DNA of 64,000 bases from Chrysomallon squamiferum. Taxonomy: Eukaryota; Animalia; Mollusca. Position 1 is the stretch's first letter. The number at the start of each line of letters is the position of its first letter. Below, piece after piece: positions 24,880 through 40,007 of the stretch. Where the stretch lies: positions 16,616,001-16,680,000 of the forward strand of contig CM022667.1 of assembly GCA_012295275.1 (NCBI GenBank), read 5' to 3'. The translations under genes were made by a program, and so were the position numbers. The notes under the pieces are model-generated. The model saw only the letters and a list, made by a program, of their open reading frames with translations. It made no database searches and had not been told where the DNA came from.

Positions 24880-26162
24880 CATTCTGAAAGAAAAACAAAA
24901 TAAATGACTAAACATTAACTATTTATCTAGTAAAAAGTCTTAATACATAGATATATTATGCACGAAGGAGCAGCTGTGATAGACATGCATAAACAAAGAA
25001 ACACTCACAAATACACACAAGCACGCATACAGAACACGTGTATAATTGTGTGTCTTTGTGTTAGTGCGTGTGCATATGTGCTGAAATAATCCTTTTCACA
25101 GAAAAGAAGCACAGTCTTCCAAACCATCGTGCTAGGAAAAGTGTAAATTTAAAGTAAATTTACTTCTGTATCTTATTCTACATTGTTAACATTAATATTT
25201 TTACTGTTTCTACACGTTTCGGAAATTACGGATCTTTTTATTTTCAAGGCAGCCTTTCCTCTTTTTTTCTTTGTTAAAGAGAGGAGCTACTGTGTATCTG
25301 CTTTCAACACTTACAGTCTAATTGAGGCATAAAACATACTTCACGTTTGATTCATTTTGGAAATAGTTCGTTGTAAAATTAAACATTTCGACTTTTTGTT
25401 AAAGATATAACATCTGATTCAACAAAGAAATATTCATAAACACTAATTCATTCAAGAATATCTCATAGTTTCCAATTAACCCAGAAAACACTCAGAATAT
25501 TTCGTTCTCGCGAAAACAGATTCTGTATTTCATCACGAAGAGAAAAAGCGTCGGAAACATGTCTCGTAGTACGCCTGTCAAACAAACAGAAAGCACCCAG
25601 AAAATATTAACAATATTTGCACGTTCAGCATGATTTAGTTCTCTAATCTCTGTGACAGAAAGTTAAATTTTCTGATTTAAATTCTATTGCTCCCAACATA
25701 TGTCGCATTCGATTCATTGGTAACCGTAATCCAAATCTCTTTAATTAAATACATAATCGCACTTAATTTAGTTCTCAGATATTGTGAATTGCTATTGCTG
25801 TGTTGGTAAATACAGAAATCTGCTGCAACTGCAGTTAGTTTTAACAATGCCGATTTATTTCTTGCACAGGATAAAGGAGATAAATCACCAGAAAATTCAA
25901 ATTTTATTGGTAAAATTTCCCCTGCTGGCGTTTACAGTAAAGAGAAGAATTTAAAGTGCGTTTAATTTTTCAACCCCTGTCTAGTAAATAAGGGACAGAG
26001 TCATCTACACTGATAACAGCAGTAACCGACAAATTAATATACCATAAATATATTAATCATTTCTTCTTTTTAATATATAATGATAAATTACATTTACTTT
26101 TCTTAGTTTTGAATTAAGTGTTTAAATAATTGCAATATTTTGTTTTATTTTATGACAATTCT

Positions 26163-26202
<40 letters not shown>

Positions 26203-27750
26203 TGTCTCTCTCTCTCTCTCTCTGTATATATATTAACAAGAGAAAGCTCTACATTTTCACTGCAACGTTTAGACTTCTCTGTTTGTGTATATGTATATAT
26301 GGTTAATATTAAAATGAACTATAAAATCCCTGGGGCTAACAAACAATAAACACAGTCATGAGTAGAACTCTATCTGAATTTATCCCTTGCATTTCTTTTC
26401 TTAACATCTACTCATTTTACTCGCTACCTTGATTATCTAATGACACGGGTCAGACGTCACAAGATTTTCCAGCTTAATCGCATGATAAGAAGCTCGGTGA
26501 TGTTTAAGCTGAAAGAAGCAAGAAGCATGTGGGAAATATTAACAAGATCTGTACACTTATTATGATTTAGCCGTTTGTTATTTGGCAATAAAATTAATTG
26601 TACTGGATTAAATACTTTTCATCCCAACATATCGCAAGTGATTCACTGTTAGGCATAATGCAAATGCATTTAATTTGTATTTATCCTGCTTGTGTTTAAG
26701 TACTGTGAACTGCTGTTCCTATGATCGAAAATGTTACGATAAAATATAACAGCAGTTAAGTTTAAAAATGCCGATTAATGTTTGCCGTACAAGAAAGTAA
26801 ATAAATGGTAAGAAAATCGAAACTCTGTTAATAACATTTTCACTTCTGGTATTTAAGTAATGACAGGAATTTATTTCGAGTTTTAATTTTTCAATCTATT
26901 TCTAGTAAATCTAGTAATACAATACCCGACAGAAGTAAATAATTATTAGAAAGATATCATTCATTTATATCAACATTTAATACTTTATTATAATTATTAG
27001 TTAGTGGTCAGGTTTCTGCATTGTTGTTAAATAATAAAAATTTAGTATTTTTACATATTTTTTTATCAGTCATCCTTGTTAATTTAAAAAGTAAGTGAGC
27101 TATAATTAATATTCATGTATAAATTTATAATTCAGTTTTTCTTTACAAATACAGGAAAGAGGACATACGGATGTACAGTTTAAATATATCAGAACCGAGA
27201 GGATTAGGAGATTAACTAATTTATCCCTTATAATAATATTTATAATAATGATCAGATTCTTACATTGGTTTACACTGGGTCGATTGGGTCGTGGTGTAAT
27301 GAATGAGCCAGGAAACGAAAACGTGACAAGCCAAAATGTTCAGATCGGGAGGCCTTTCCTTTCTAATATTCCAAACACTGGTGATATGCATATACAGCTG
27401 TTTCAGTAAAATTGGGTCCTAACGTAATGATACTTCCTACTATAGCACTCCCAGTTCCAACATTCCATAAGAGTATGAAGAATAGTAAATAAATAAGCGT
27501 TTTAACTATAACAACCGTATATGAAGAAGATTTACTTTCAGATTATTCTACTATTGAAATACGTGAATAAAAAAGGACGCAAATGAAAACGAAACTTATC
27601 TAGAAGTTGTTTACGGGTTGTTAAAGGATTAAGCTATATATATAAAATTATACATTTATAAAATTATCCCTGGGAATAATTATACATGGTTTTACAAAGC
27701 TGATCAACGGAGAAAAATGCTTGTTTTCTTAAAATTTGTTTGTTCCTTTG

Positions 27751-27806
<56 letters not shown>

Positions 27807-27920
27807 AATTACTATTGATGTTGTTATCGTTGTTATTATTGGTATTCTTGCTGTTCATATTGTAACTGTTTTTATATTTAAACTGAATTACTACTTAGAA
27901 AACAGCAGTAATAATAATAA

Positions 27921-27951
<31 letters not shown>

Positions 27952-28056
27952 AAAAGTAATACTAATAATAATAAACTACAAAGTACCTTGAGTCGCTGGC
28001 ATTGAAAATACACACTAAATAATAAAATTCAAACAGAAGAGCACGTGAACAGGCAT
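24880..28056 (-). pseudogene. Array unit 1: pseudogenised duplicate of unit 3
   Basis: Signal exon 27987-28056 reads MPVHVLFCLNFII*CVFSMPATQ (TCG>TAG). The Pro/Glu and half-VWC exons are removed by a deletion (junction ~25543 joins equivalents of ~36712 and ~38029). Confidence 0.8.
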
Positions 28057-28169
28057 GTTGTCGCTATTCTTGTATGACGTGAGTCAGTTTTGGTAATATT
28101 TAAGTAACAGCTGTTACATTTGATGTGTGACGTGTCTGTGCGGTATATATTAAATATTCATGGAAAGGA

Positions 28170-28244
<75 letters not shown>

Positions 28245-29070
28245 ATTTAATTACTCAGGATCTGTCCATTTAAGTACATCTTTTATTCTTTTTAACCTGT
28301 GTCTTAGACACGGTGTTTAATTTTCCTTATCATACTGATCTCAGCGTAAGAACATCTAAGATATTCTTCACTTTTAAATACTGTACATCAGAAACCATTA
28401 GATTAAAAACAATATTAGATAAGTATTTCTTTTTAATTCATTTCTTCTGTACAAATAGATTATCCTGCATTGAGAAAATCGTGTTCAATTTTACTGTTTT
28501 ATATTCATTTATTTTATTGAAATAATACCTAGAAACGTGCGTTTCTGTATATATGTGTATGTGTATGAATGTCTGGGCGTCTGTGTGTGTGCGCGTGTGC
28601 GTGTGTATTTGTGTGCTACCTTTACAAACACAAGGAGAGAGAAAGAAAAGGGAGAAATATCATCTACCATAGTTTCGTTATTATTTTCTGAGTTTTAATA
28701 TTTCACAAGTTGATAACACCACGAAATAATGTTACTTAAAGATAGAAAATGTCGGTCTACACGAACAGAGCTTAATAACCGTATTAACAAAAGTCAGCGT
28801 AAGAAACAAACAGAACAAGAAGTTAGAAGTAGACAAAATGTGGTTAAAGCAGATGAACTACAATGAAAGGTTATATACTGTAACAACATATGCATTCCAC
28901 TGTTGTATGATGTCATATAATGTATCCATGTGTACAGAGAGTATCCATGACTACAGTGTTATTTAATTTATCCAGAGTATAAACTTAACTCAAACAATCT
29001 GCATAAGATATTGATATTTTAAGATAGGGGTAAAACAATTTAATACTGAATATCACTAATAGTCGTAATA

Positions 29071-29209
<139 letters not shown>

Positions 29210-29279
29210 TCCATTTATCAATAACTATTTGTATAATTTGTCCATATTATTATTTTATTTTCCTCTGCCAAATAATTAT

Positions 29280-29481
29280 TCATTTACTTGTTGTTTCCGG
29301 CATCTTAGAGGTGATAAGTGGTGTTATTTTCGTTCTTGAACACAAAGCCACGCCATATTCTGGTTTCCATGAACCAATAAGGTATGTTTGTGGAGGACAT
29401 TTACAGTGACCATCATCACTAAAGTATTTCTGTTCATCTCCTCGTAACACATGTCCTGATGGTGTTTTACAGTTACGTTCT

Positions 29482-29523
<42 letters not shown>

Positions 29524-32193
29524 GTAATTATAATAATAATAATAAAAATGATAATAACAACGACAAATAATATTACTAACTAAACAGTCTTTTTTATTGT
29601 CTACTCTAGTATAATAAAGAATTCGATTACTACTATTATAATTGCTCCTACTATTTCCACTAATACTACTAATACATTTATTACTACTACTACTACTATA
29701 ACAACTATTACCACTACTACTCCAAATACCACTAATTATAATACCAATACATTTCCTATTAGTAATACTATTGTTATTGCATTTAGCACATTATTAGAAG
29801 TACTGATTCTACTACTGCCACATATTTTACAAGACATCCACAATAATAATTTCTTAGTCTTCGTTACTGGCTGTTGTTATTACTCTTGCCACTATAAAAT
29901 AAACATCAACAACAACAGCTACTACACGACAACTATTAATACTATCATTGCTACTACAACTTCTGCTACTAATTCTACTACTAATACTATTGCTACTACT
30001 AATAATTATAAGTCTAACATTATTATTACTAATCCTGCCTTTAATGATAATAGTAAGCCTACACCTACTAATAATAGTTGGTCGAACTACACTAATAATA
30101 CTACTGCTAGTATTAATGCTACGATTACTGGTACTAACCAGACTTCTAATAATTATACTTTCACTTCGTCTACTGCTGTTGGTATAAGGAGATACTGAAA
30201 CGTTGCCTACCTCGACATGTGTATGTTCCACAGGGATCAGGTCCTTCAGGATCGAAACACATTGGTGGAGAATAATTAGGGTATCTACAAAGAATGTCCA
30301 CTCCAAGTGGACCGTAAGCATGCTCACAAAAACACTGGTACGCACAATTCACAAACATTGGAACGAATTGTCCAACTCTGTACATTTGTCCGTTGTAAAA
30401 GCAGTATTGTGGCACAGCTGTCGTATGTGCAGAACAATAAGAACAACAAGAACAGCAGGAATAATAATAATAATAATAATAATAACAACAGTAACAACAA
30501 CAACAATAATAACAGCAACAACAACAACCTTAATAATAATAATAATAATAACAATAATGATGAAAATAGTAATAATAATGATAATAATCACAATAGCTGT
30601 TGTAATAACAATGAAATGAATCTAAAGTTTAATTTTAATATTGTGTATTTTTTCTAACTTTGTCGGTATGCATACAACTACGTGAATATATCAATATATC
30701 TAGAATGTTTATTATCACAAACTTAGCCCAACTTAAGCATAAACTAATCATCCTTAGGGTTTCAGAGATTCAAAATTTCTTTTTATTTATTCATCAATAT
30801 ATAAAGAATTAAACATGATGTATAATCTAATTTCCAGTATTAACATAATCAACATAAGACGTTACAAACATTTATTTCCAGTATTATTTTAAGATTAATA
30901 AATATTTTTAAACTTAATATCCTCAGTGGCGAAACCGAGCACCTGATTTGTTTTGCATGTTGGAGACATTGTACTAATTTCAGTTATTAATTGTCAAATA
31001 GGACCTCTACAGATTCCCACAATTTTAGACCTGGATATGATTCCATTCAGCCATGTTCACGGCAGAGTTTACACTTTTAATATGACATCGTTACTCATTT
31101 AACGAGAAGAAGATAGAGAGAATTCTTAATATTAAGTAAACTATTCGCTGCACTCAGACACACTAAAAGGTGTATGATCTTTACAAGATAGGTGCAGGAC
31201 AAGACGTGTACATTTCAGAATTGTTTTCTTCACATTTGAATCTGCGCTGTCTGCTAAGGGAGAAACGTGACTTTTGAGGTATTGTACTTTTAAAGTGTGA
31301 GAAGAAAGGAGATAAATGAAAATCAAACTTATCCAGAAGATATTTGTGGGTTATCAAATGAAATGACAGATAAATATATAATATAGCATTGTGAAAGCGA
31401 AATTCCCAGAAGAAAAATAAACCCAAGTCTGGTTGCTTTATGTTCGTTTCATTGTTCTTGTTTGATCTTTTTCATAATTTCTTTTTCATTCACACGTTGT
31501 TAGTGAGTTCAGCACATCCCTCTTAACGTCACAGAAAAGCGACTGTCTCCTCTCAGCTTCACATCGCATAAATCCAGAGTCGCCAGTTTAGAAAATGAAA
31601 ATTCTAAAATGAATCACATTTAGTAAATCATTATTATTATTATTATTATTATTGTTGTTGTTTCAGAATCTACTTTTTTTTGTATTCATCAGATAAAAGT
31701 GCGTATGCATGACATGAATGGATGTAGTTGATATGTGTACAACGAGTAACCTAGCATATTCTCTACCAGATAAACTGTTCATTATACACTGAGAATGGCT
31801 TCCTTTCATGGACAAAAAGCCACGCATTATACTATTAATTATTTCGCTTTAGCTTTTGTTGTAGTTGTAGTTGTTGTTGTTGTTGTTATTATTATTATTT
31901 TTTATTGACATCATCATTATTATAGTTATTACTGTCATTGTTGAGACCGTAGTTATTATTATTATTATTGCTGTGGAAGTTGCTGGTGGTAATAAATGAT
32001 GTAGCTGTTACTGCCTGTTAATAAACAGCAATACTAATAATAACAATAAATATAATAATAATACTAATAATACTAATACTACTACTAATAATAACAATAA
32101 TAATTACAAATTACCTCGAGTTGTTGACATTGACAAGACAGACGAAATAATAAAGTTCAAACAGAAGACTGAAAACAGCGTGTGAACAGCCAT
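29280..32193 (-). CDS. Array unit 2: secreted Cys-rich protein, SP + 8-Cys VWC-like + 4-Cys module (~161 aa)
   Basis: Exons 32115-32193 (MAVHTLFSVFCLNFIISSVLSMSTTR), 30211-30417 (AVPQYCFYNGQMYRVGQFVPMFVNCAYQCFCEHAYGPLGVDILCRYPNYSPPMCFDPEGPDPCGTYTCR), 29288-29479 (ERNCKTPSGHVLRGDEQKYFSDDGHCKCPPQTYLIGSWKPEYGVALCSRTKITPLITSKMPETT). The last exon found in unit 4 is deleted here; read-through gives SK* at 29280. Confidence 0.75.
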
Positions 32194-32429
32194 GTTGTCA
32201 CTTTTCGCTTGTAACATTATTGAGTATTGATAACGTTTAAATAACATTTTTTCACATGCGCAGTTAGATGCCTCTGTTTGGTAAATAGGTTAAGTACATT
32301 GAGAAACGACTGGTGATGAGTAATGCTGACAGCGGATCGTATCACGAATTAAATATAGATATTAAAATAATAAGAATTCATCATGTGTATCATTTAACGT
32401 CAGACTCTCAGTTTTTAAATTTTACTGTT

Positions 32430-32528
<99 letters not shown>

Positions 32529-33126
32529 ATCTTTCAGTAACCATACATTTTTGGACAAGATTTAATTAGGTAGAATCTGTCAATTTAAGTCCATCTTTTG
32601 ATCTTTCCAAAACTATTTTGTCACCGTCATCTTAGAATATTATTTTTTTCTGATAATAATTAATTTCAACCTTATCAATTTTTCAAGAACTTCTACCAGT
32701 TTTCTTTAATTTTAAATAGATACATTAGATTTAAAATAAAATAGTTTCGATTTTTTGTTCAGATCTGCACAAATCTATCATGCAGCATTGAGAAAAACAT
32801 CTTGTTTAATTTTGCTGTTTTGGTTACATATATTTGATCAATTCACGATAATTCATCCATGACATGTTCACGTACTTTTATTTGATGAATACAAACCACG
32901 TAGTAGATGCTGAAATGACATGAACCATTTTCGTGAGATTTCTATTATGTACGACCGGCTATTTTACCATATCACTCGCGGGTTTTTGCAAACTTTGAAA
33001 CGTTAGATTCTACAAGAGGTTTAGAAAAAAAATGAACAAAAAACGAACTTAAACAAATATGTATGTATGGGTATGTCAGTGTATTTAAATGTGTGTATGT
33101 ATGTGTGTGTGTATCTCTATCTACAT

Positions 33127-33179
<53 letters not shown>

Positions 33180-33769
33180 TCACATTTACTCAGTGGCAGA
33201 GAGAGAGACCGAGGGAGAGAAAGACAATACATATAAAACTACCTATAAACTAGATATACCGATAATAGATTTATTCAGTTTGTTAAGATTTCCATAGATA
33301 ATTACAGCATAAGAAAGAAAGATGACGGATTTTATTCAGTATTAATTATATTTTTGCAAGAGAGTATATAACATTTAATACTTAAAAACTCAAATCTAAC
33401 CATTATACAGAAAATAAAGCGTAAACTGTAATTGATTTTATTTTTTGTTCAATGTTTTTGTGAAATTAATTATAAATAGCAACGTCCTTGATCCAATCAG
33501 ATAGCCGTATCTGAAGATTAGATTATGTACTCATGTATGCACAAATATATGTATTTATGTATGTATGTGTGTATCTATGAAGTATATACGTATGTATGTA
33601 TGTATGTATGTATTTTGTATTACGTATGTGTGTATGTGTGTATGTGTGTGACTGTATCTGCATATCTTATATTATATATGTACGTATTAAAACAATATTA
33701 TTTCATGTAACATTATAATGAATATTCCTTATTCAGCTACTAAGTATTTTTTATATCACATGCAAAGTT

Positions 33770-33909
33770 TACGAGATCGCTTTTCTTGGTGGTGCTCTTC
33801 TAGATAAAGCAAAGCCACGCCATTTTCTGCTTTCGAAGAACCAAACATTTACAGTAACCATCATCACTAAAGTTCTCCACGTATCACGTTTTACAGTTAC
33901 GTTCTTTAA

Positions 33910-33993
<84 letters not shown>

Positions 33994-34894
33994 CAATAAT
34001 AATAATAATAATAATAATGACTTTTCAACATGATATAATTAATTAATAATCTACATTTTTCCTGAATACATTAGTATTACGACAACAACCACTACTGCTG
34101 CAGCTACAGCTACTACTACTACTGTTACCTCTTCATCTACTAATACTAATACTATTATTAATACATTACTATTACTAATATTATTATATTACTTATATGA
34201 CTAGTAGCGTTTATTCTACTACTGCCACAACTTTTACAACTCTTCCACGATAATTGTTCCTTAGTCTTCACACCACTCTAAAAACAACAACTACTACTAC
34301 CATTACTACTACAACCACCACTACTGCTACTGATACTGATAGATTTACTACAATTACCATTCATAATACTATATTAATACCACGACTACCACTGCTGGTG
34401 CTAATACTAATAGATTATCACTGCTAAAACTCATGCTCCACCTACCACAACTGATACTAATGGCAATACTAAGCCTGCGACAACTACTACTGATACAATC
34501 ACAGTTACTAATACTACACGATAATACTATGACATTTTCTACTGGTGTTCGCAGAAAGATAAACTGAAGAATTGTGTACCTCAATATGTGTACCTCAAGT
34601 AATATTTATATAGCTAATAATAATACTATGATTCCTACTGGTATAACTGAGATTACTAATAATTAGATTTTAAGTTCATCTTCTACTGTTGGTATAGAGA
34701 GACACTGAAAAGTTGTCTACACGTGTATCTTTGACAGGCATCAGGACCTTGATCAACAAGATCGAAACACATTGGTGGGAAATAATCAGCGTGCAAACAA
34801 CGAATTTCTAATTGAGATGAAGAAAAATCAGTAGGCTGACAACGACACTCATCCGCACAGCGGTATTGGAGATATGAGTACAGGTGGCTGTAGC
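33770..34894 (-). pseudogene. Orphan decayed VWC-like (~34717-34894) and 4-Cys (~33770-33903) exons
   Basis: Recognisable ECRCQPTDFSSSQLEIRCLHADYFPPMCFD and RNCKT...GVAL fragments with deletions/frameshifts; no signal exon before the block junction at ~35160. Confidence 0.75.
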
Positions 34895-34972
34895 TCTGTA
34901 GTGTGTATGGAACAATAAGAACAACACAAACAATAATAATAATAATAATAATATTAATAATATTAATCATTA

Positions 34973-35028
<56 letters not shown>

Positions 35029-35922
35029 GTTGTTGTTGTTGTTGTTCTCGTTGCTATTGTTTTTAGTTTGTTTGGTCTGTTGTTGTTGTTTTTTGTTGTT
35101 AAAGTCTCGAAAAATACGCTATTTCAAAGTCTGTAAAATGCTGAGAGTGGCATAGCGAAATCGCTTTTAATTATTACCAGATTCTGCCTACAAGAAGCAA
35201 TGGCAATAGCGGTAGTTGCTAATATTGTTGTCTAAATTTTAAATATGTAGTATTGAGATTCACAATGGGTTTCTTCTTTTATTTTTCATTTGATGTTTCT
35301 AACACTGGAAGTAAAATATCAATAATGTAAGAACATTTTAAATTTTCGGAGAAAGCAAATATCAGGTACGATGGATCAGGATATCATTTTATATAGACTA
35401 CTCAAATTCGGAGAATACGACCCCAACCTTCATCCATTTACATACATTGATTTCTACTTCTTCTTCTTCTTCTTCTTCTTAGCAATAACAGTGGGTGTCT
35501 ATAGTGTTGTTTAAATGTATCTTTACAATATAATTAATTAAACAAACTGTCTTGAAAACTCTCTCGCTCTCTCGGACACTGAGACGCAAATGTAATTATC
35601 CGTCTATAGTGCATGAAAAACATGCTTATTTTCAAAGCTGCTTCAGTGACACTGACAAAATTGTCCTCAAAGTGTAATCATTGATTAAATATGGCGAAAC
35701 GCAAAACAAGGAACGGTTTGGTTCGTACTATAGCAGAGATAATCTGGACTTTTGAGGTAAAGAGAACACAGCAATCCATTAAATAAAAAAAAACAAATTA
35801 ATAACAAACATTTTATTTATTTATTTATTTATTTATTTATAGACAAAAATTAGGGGAGTTCATTTTAGTTCATCGGTGCTTTTCATACAGCTGCTTCTTG
35901 AATTATTTGGTGTTTGGTAGTG

Positions 35923-36773
35923 TCATTCTGAAAGAAAAACAAAATAAATGACTAAACATTAACTATTTATCTAGTAAAAAGTCTTAATACATAGATATAT
36001 TATGCACGAAGGAGCAGCTGTGATAGACATGCATAAACAAAGAAACACAAATACACACAAGCACGCATGCAGCGCACGTGTATAATTGTGTGTCTTTGTG
36101 TGATGGCGTGTGCATATGTGCTGAAATAATCCTTTTCACAGAAAAGAAGCACAGTCTTCCAAACCATCGTGCTAGGAAAAGTGTAAATTTAAAGTAAATT
36201 TACTTCTGTATCTTATTCTACATTGTTAACATTAATATTTTTACTGTTTCTACACGTTTCGGAAATTACGGATCTTTTTATTTTCAAGGCAGCCTTTCCT
36301 CTTTTTTTCTTTGTTAAAGAGAGGAGCTACTGTGTTTCTGCTTTCAACACTTACAGTCTAATTGAGGCATAAAACATACTTCACGTTTGATTCATTTTGG
36401 AAATAGTTCGTTGTAAAATTAAACATTTCGACTTTTTGTTAAAGATATAACATCTGATTCAACAAAGAAATATTCATAAACACTAATTCATTCAAGAATA
36501 TCTCATAGTTTCCAATTAACCCAGAAAACACTCAGAATATTTCGTTCTCGCGAAACGTACAAAATATCTGATTTTAAAATTCAAAACGCAATTTCAACTC
36601 GTTCTGTAAAACGCCTGGCATATGAAACAAGTTGTGAATAATGTGGTTGAAATACAAAATAGCTGTAAGGAGGTACTGGAGAAAACAGATTCTGTATTTC
36701 ATCACGAAGAGAGACAAAAAGACAAACAGAAAGTTTGTATGTATGTATGTATGTATGTATGTATGTATGTTTG

Positions 36774-36807
<34 letters not shown>

Positions 36808-37403
36808 TGTATGTATGTATGTATGTATGTATGTATGTTAGAATGAATATAAGAACGTATGCATGAACTTTGCAAAGGTTTTTTTTTTTTTTATTGTTGG
36901 ATCTTTTTTTTTGGGGGGTTTTTTGTTATTTTATTTATTTTTTATTATTATTATCTTACTTCTTGCTATTGGTGGTGTTGTTTCTGCTGTCATTCCACCA
37001 TAGTTTTCCCTGCAATAAACTTTGTATCCTTCATCACCTATTCCGCAGTAACAATCACCTAAACAGGGATCATCTAATGTCACGGGTCCGACATCATATG
37101 GTTTCCCTAAATAATAGCATGTTGTGAAGTTCGGTGTTGTATAAGCTGAAATAAGCAAGAAGCATGGAGAAAAGATCAACAATATTTGTACAGCGATGAT
37201 GATTTAATTATGATGTGTGAAACAGAGATAGAGAAACAGAGAAACAAGAAAGATAGAGAGGCAATCAGAAAAGACAAATACAGAGACACGTGCTGTTTAG
37301 GTATTATTAATCTTAATGTTATATATATATCTGTGTGTGTGTTTGTGTGTGTGTCTCTCATATTTATCTATTTCCTCTCTATCTATCTATCTATCTATCT
37401 ATA

Positions 37404-37444
<41 letters not shown>

Positions 37445-38650
37445 TGTATGCATGCCTCCATCGATGGATGAATGTATATATGTTTCTTAGTTGGTTTTTT
37501 CAGTGTCTTACCTGTTGTTGGTGGTTCTGATGGTGGTTCTGGTGGTGGTTCTGATGTTGGTTCTGGAGGTGGTTCTGGTGTTGGTTCTGATGGTGGTTCT
37601 GGTAGCGGTTCTGATATTGCTTCTGATGGTGGTTCTAGTGGTCGTTTTGGTATTGGTTCTGATGGTGATTCTGGTGATAGTTCTGATAGTGGTTCTGATG
37701 GTGATTCCGTTGGTGGCTCTGTTGGTGGTTCTGTTGGTGGTTCTGCTGTTATGTCTGCCAAGAAAGTTTATTTTCCTGGTTTAAATTATTCTTCCCAACA
37801 TATTATGTATTTGATTCATTGTTAACATTTATTCGGATTTGTTTAACTTGTTCTACATCATGTATCATCTGCGTGCGTGCGTGTGTGTGTGTCTGCGGGT
37901 GGGTGGGTAGGTTTGTGTAACTGTATAGACGCGAATCACCATTTAACGAACCCGTATTTGTCTGATTTTTCTCATATCCGGGCAAAATCTGGAAAATATA
38001 TAAGTATTCTTGAATCTCGGGAGCTAGCAAAGCGTCGGAAACATGTCTCGTAGTGCGTCTGTCAAACAAACAAAAAGCACGCAGAAAATATTAACAATAT
38101 GTGAACGTTCAGCATGATTTAGTTCTCTGATCTCTGACAAAGAAAGTTAAATTTTCTGGTTTAAATTCTATTGCTTCCAACATATGTCGCATTCGATTTT
38201 TTGTTAACCATAATCCAAATCTCTTTAATTTAATATATAATCTCATTGAATTTAGTTCTCAGATATTGTGAATTGTTGTTGTTGTGATGGTAAATACAGA
38301 AATCTGCTGCAACTGCAGTTAGTTTTAACAATGCTGATTTATTTCTGCCACAGGATAAAGGAGATAAATCACCAGAAAATTTAAATGTTATTGGTAAAAT
38401 TTCCTCTGCTGGCGTTTACAGTAAATAGAAAATTAATAATTTAAAGTTTATTGTTAATTTTTCAATACATCAATAGTAAATATGGGACAGAGTGATCCAC
38501 ACTGAGAACAGCAGTAACCGACAAATTAATGTACCATAAATATAATAATCATTTATTCCTTTTTTATGTATAATGATAAATTACATTTATTTTTTACTAA
38601 TGTTGAATCAAGTGTTTAAATAATTGCAATATTTTGTTTTATTTTGTCGC

Positions 38651-38733
<83 letters not shown>

Positions 38734-39915
38734 ACAAAGGAAAGAGCACATTTTAAAATTAATTGTACTGCATTAAATACTTTTCATTCCAACACATCGC
38801 AAGTGATTCACTGTTAGGCATAATGGAAATGATTTTAATCTTTATTTATCCTGCTTGTATTCAAGTACTGTGAACTGCTGTTGCTATGACCGTAAATGCG
38901 ACGATAAAATATAACAGCAGTTATGTTTAAAAATGCCGATTAATGTTTACCGTACCAGAAAGTAAATAAATGGTAAGAAAACTGAAACTTTTAATAATAA
39001 CAGTTTCACTTCTGGTATTTAAGTAATGACAGGAATTTAAAGCGAGTTTTAGTTTTTCAATCTATTTCTAGTAAATCAGAATATTTTTGCGAGCTTGCAA
39101 TACCCGACAGCAGCAAATAATTATAAGAAAGATAAAATTCATTGATATCAATATTTAATACTTTATTATAATTTTTACTTAGTGGTCAGGTTTTGCATTG
39201 CTGTTAAATAATTAAAATTTAGTATTTTTACATATATTGTAATCAGTCATCCTTGAATTTAAAAAGAAAGTTAGTTATAGTTAATATTCATGTATAAAGT
39301 TTTTCTCTACAAATACAGGACTGAGGACATTCAGATGTACAGTTTAACTATATCAGAAACGAGAGGATTAGGAGATTAACTAAATTATTCCTTATAATAA
39401 TATTTATAATAATGGTCAGATTCTTACATTGGTTTACACTGGGTCGATTGGGTCGTGGTGTAATGAATGGGCCAGGAAACGAAAACGTGACAAGCCAAAT
39501 GTTTCAGATCGGGAGACCGTTCTTTGTTAATATTCCAAACACTGGTGATATGCACATACAGCTGTTTCAGAAACACTGCATCCTGACGTAATGATACTTT
39601 CTACTATAGCACTCCCAGTTCCAACATTGCATTAGTATATGAACAATAGTAAATAAATAAGAGTTTTAACTATAACAACCGTATATGAAGAAGATTTACT
39701 TTCAGATTATTCTACTATTGAAATACGTGAATAAAAAAGGACGCAAATGAAAACGAAACTTATCTAGAAGTTGTTTACGGGTTGTTAAAGGATTAAGCTA
39801 TATTTATAAAATTATACATTTATAAAATTATCCCTGGGAATAATTATACATGGTTTTACAAAGCTTATGAACCGAGAAAAATGCTTGTTTCCTTAAAATT
39901 TGTTTGTTCGTTTGA

Positions 39916-40007
<92 letters not shown>

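Noticed and set aside
29500-30200. Thr/Ile/Ser-rich low-complexity ORFs between V and 4-Cys exons, conserved across units
   Set aside because: Decayed ACT/AAT repeats with stops and indels among copies; flanking exons join in frame without them.
31175-31260. Exon-like segment (RFKCEENNSEMYTSCPAPIL / ADSADSNVKK) repeated in each unit's first intron
   Set aside because: Frame not preserved among paralogs (stop at 43774, deletion at ~48655); similarity explained by duplication.
37472-37825. Gly/Ser/Asp-rich plus-strand ORF (GGSDGGSGG)
   Set aside because: Antisense of the Pro/Glu exon; splice sites and neighbouring exons support the minus strand.
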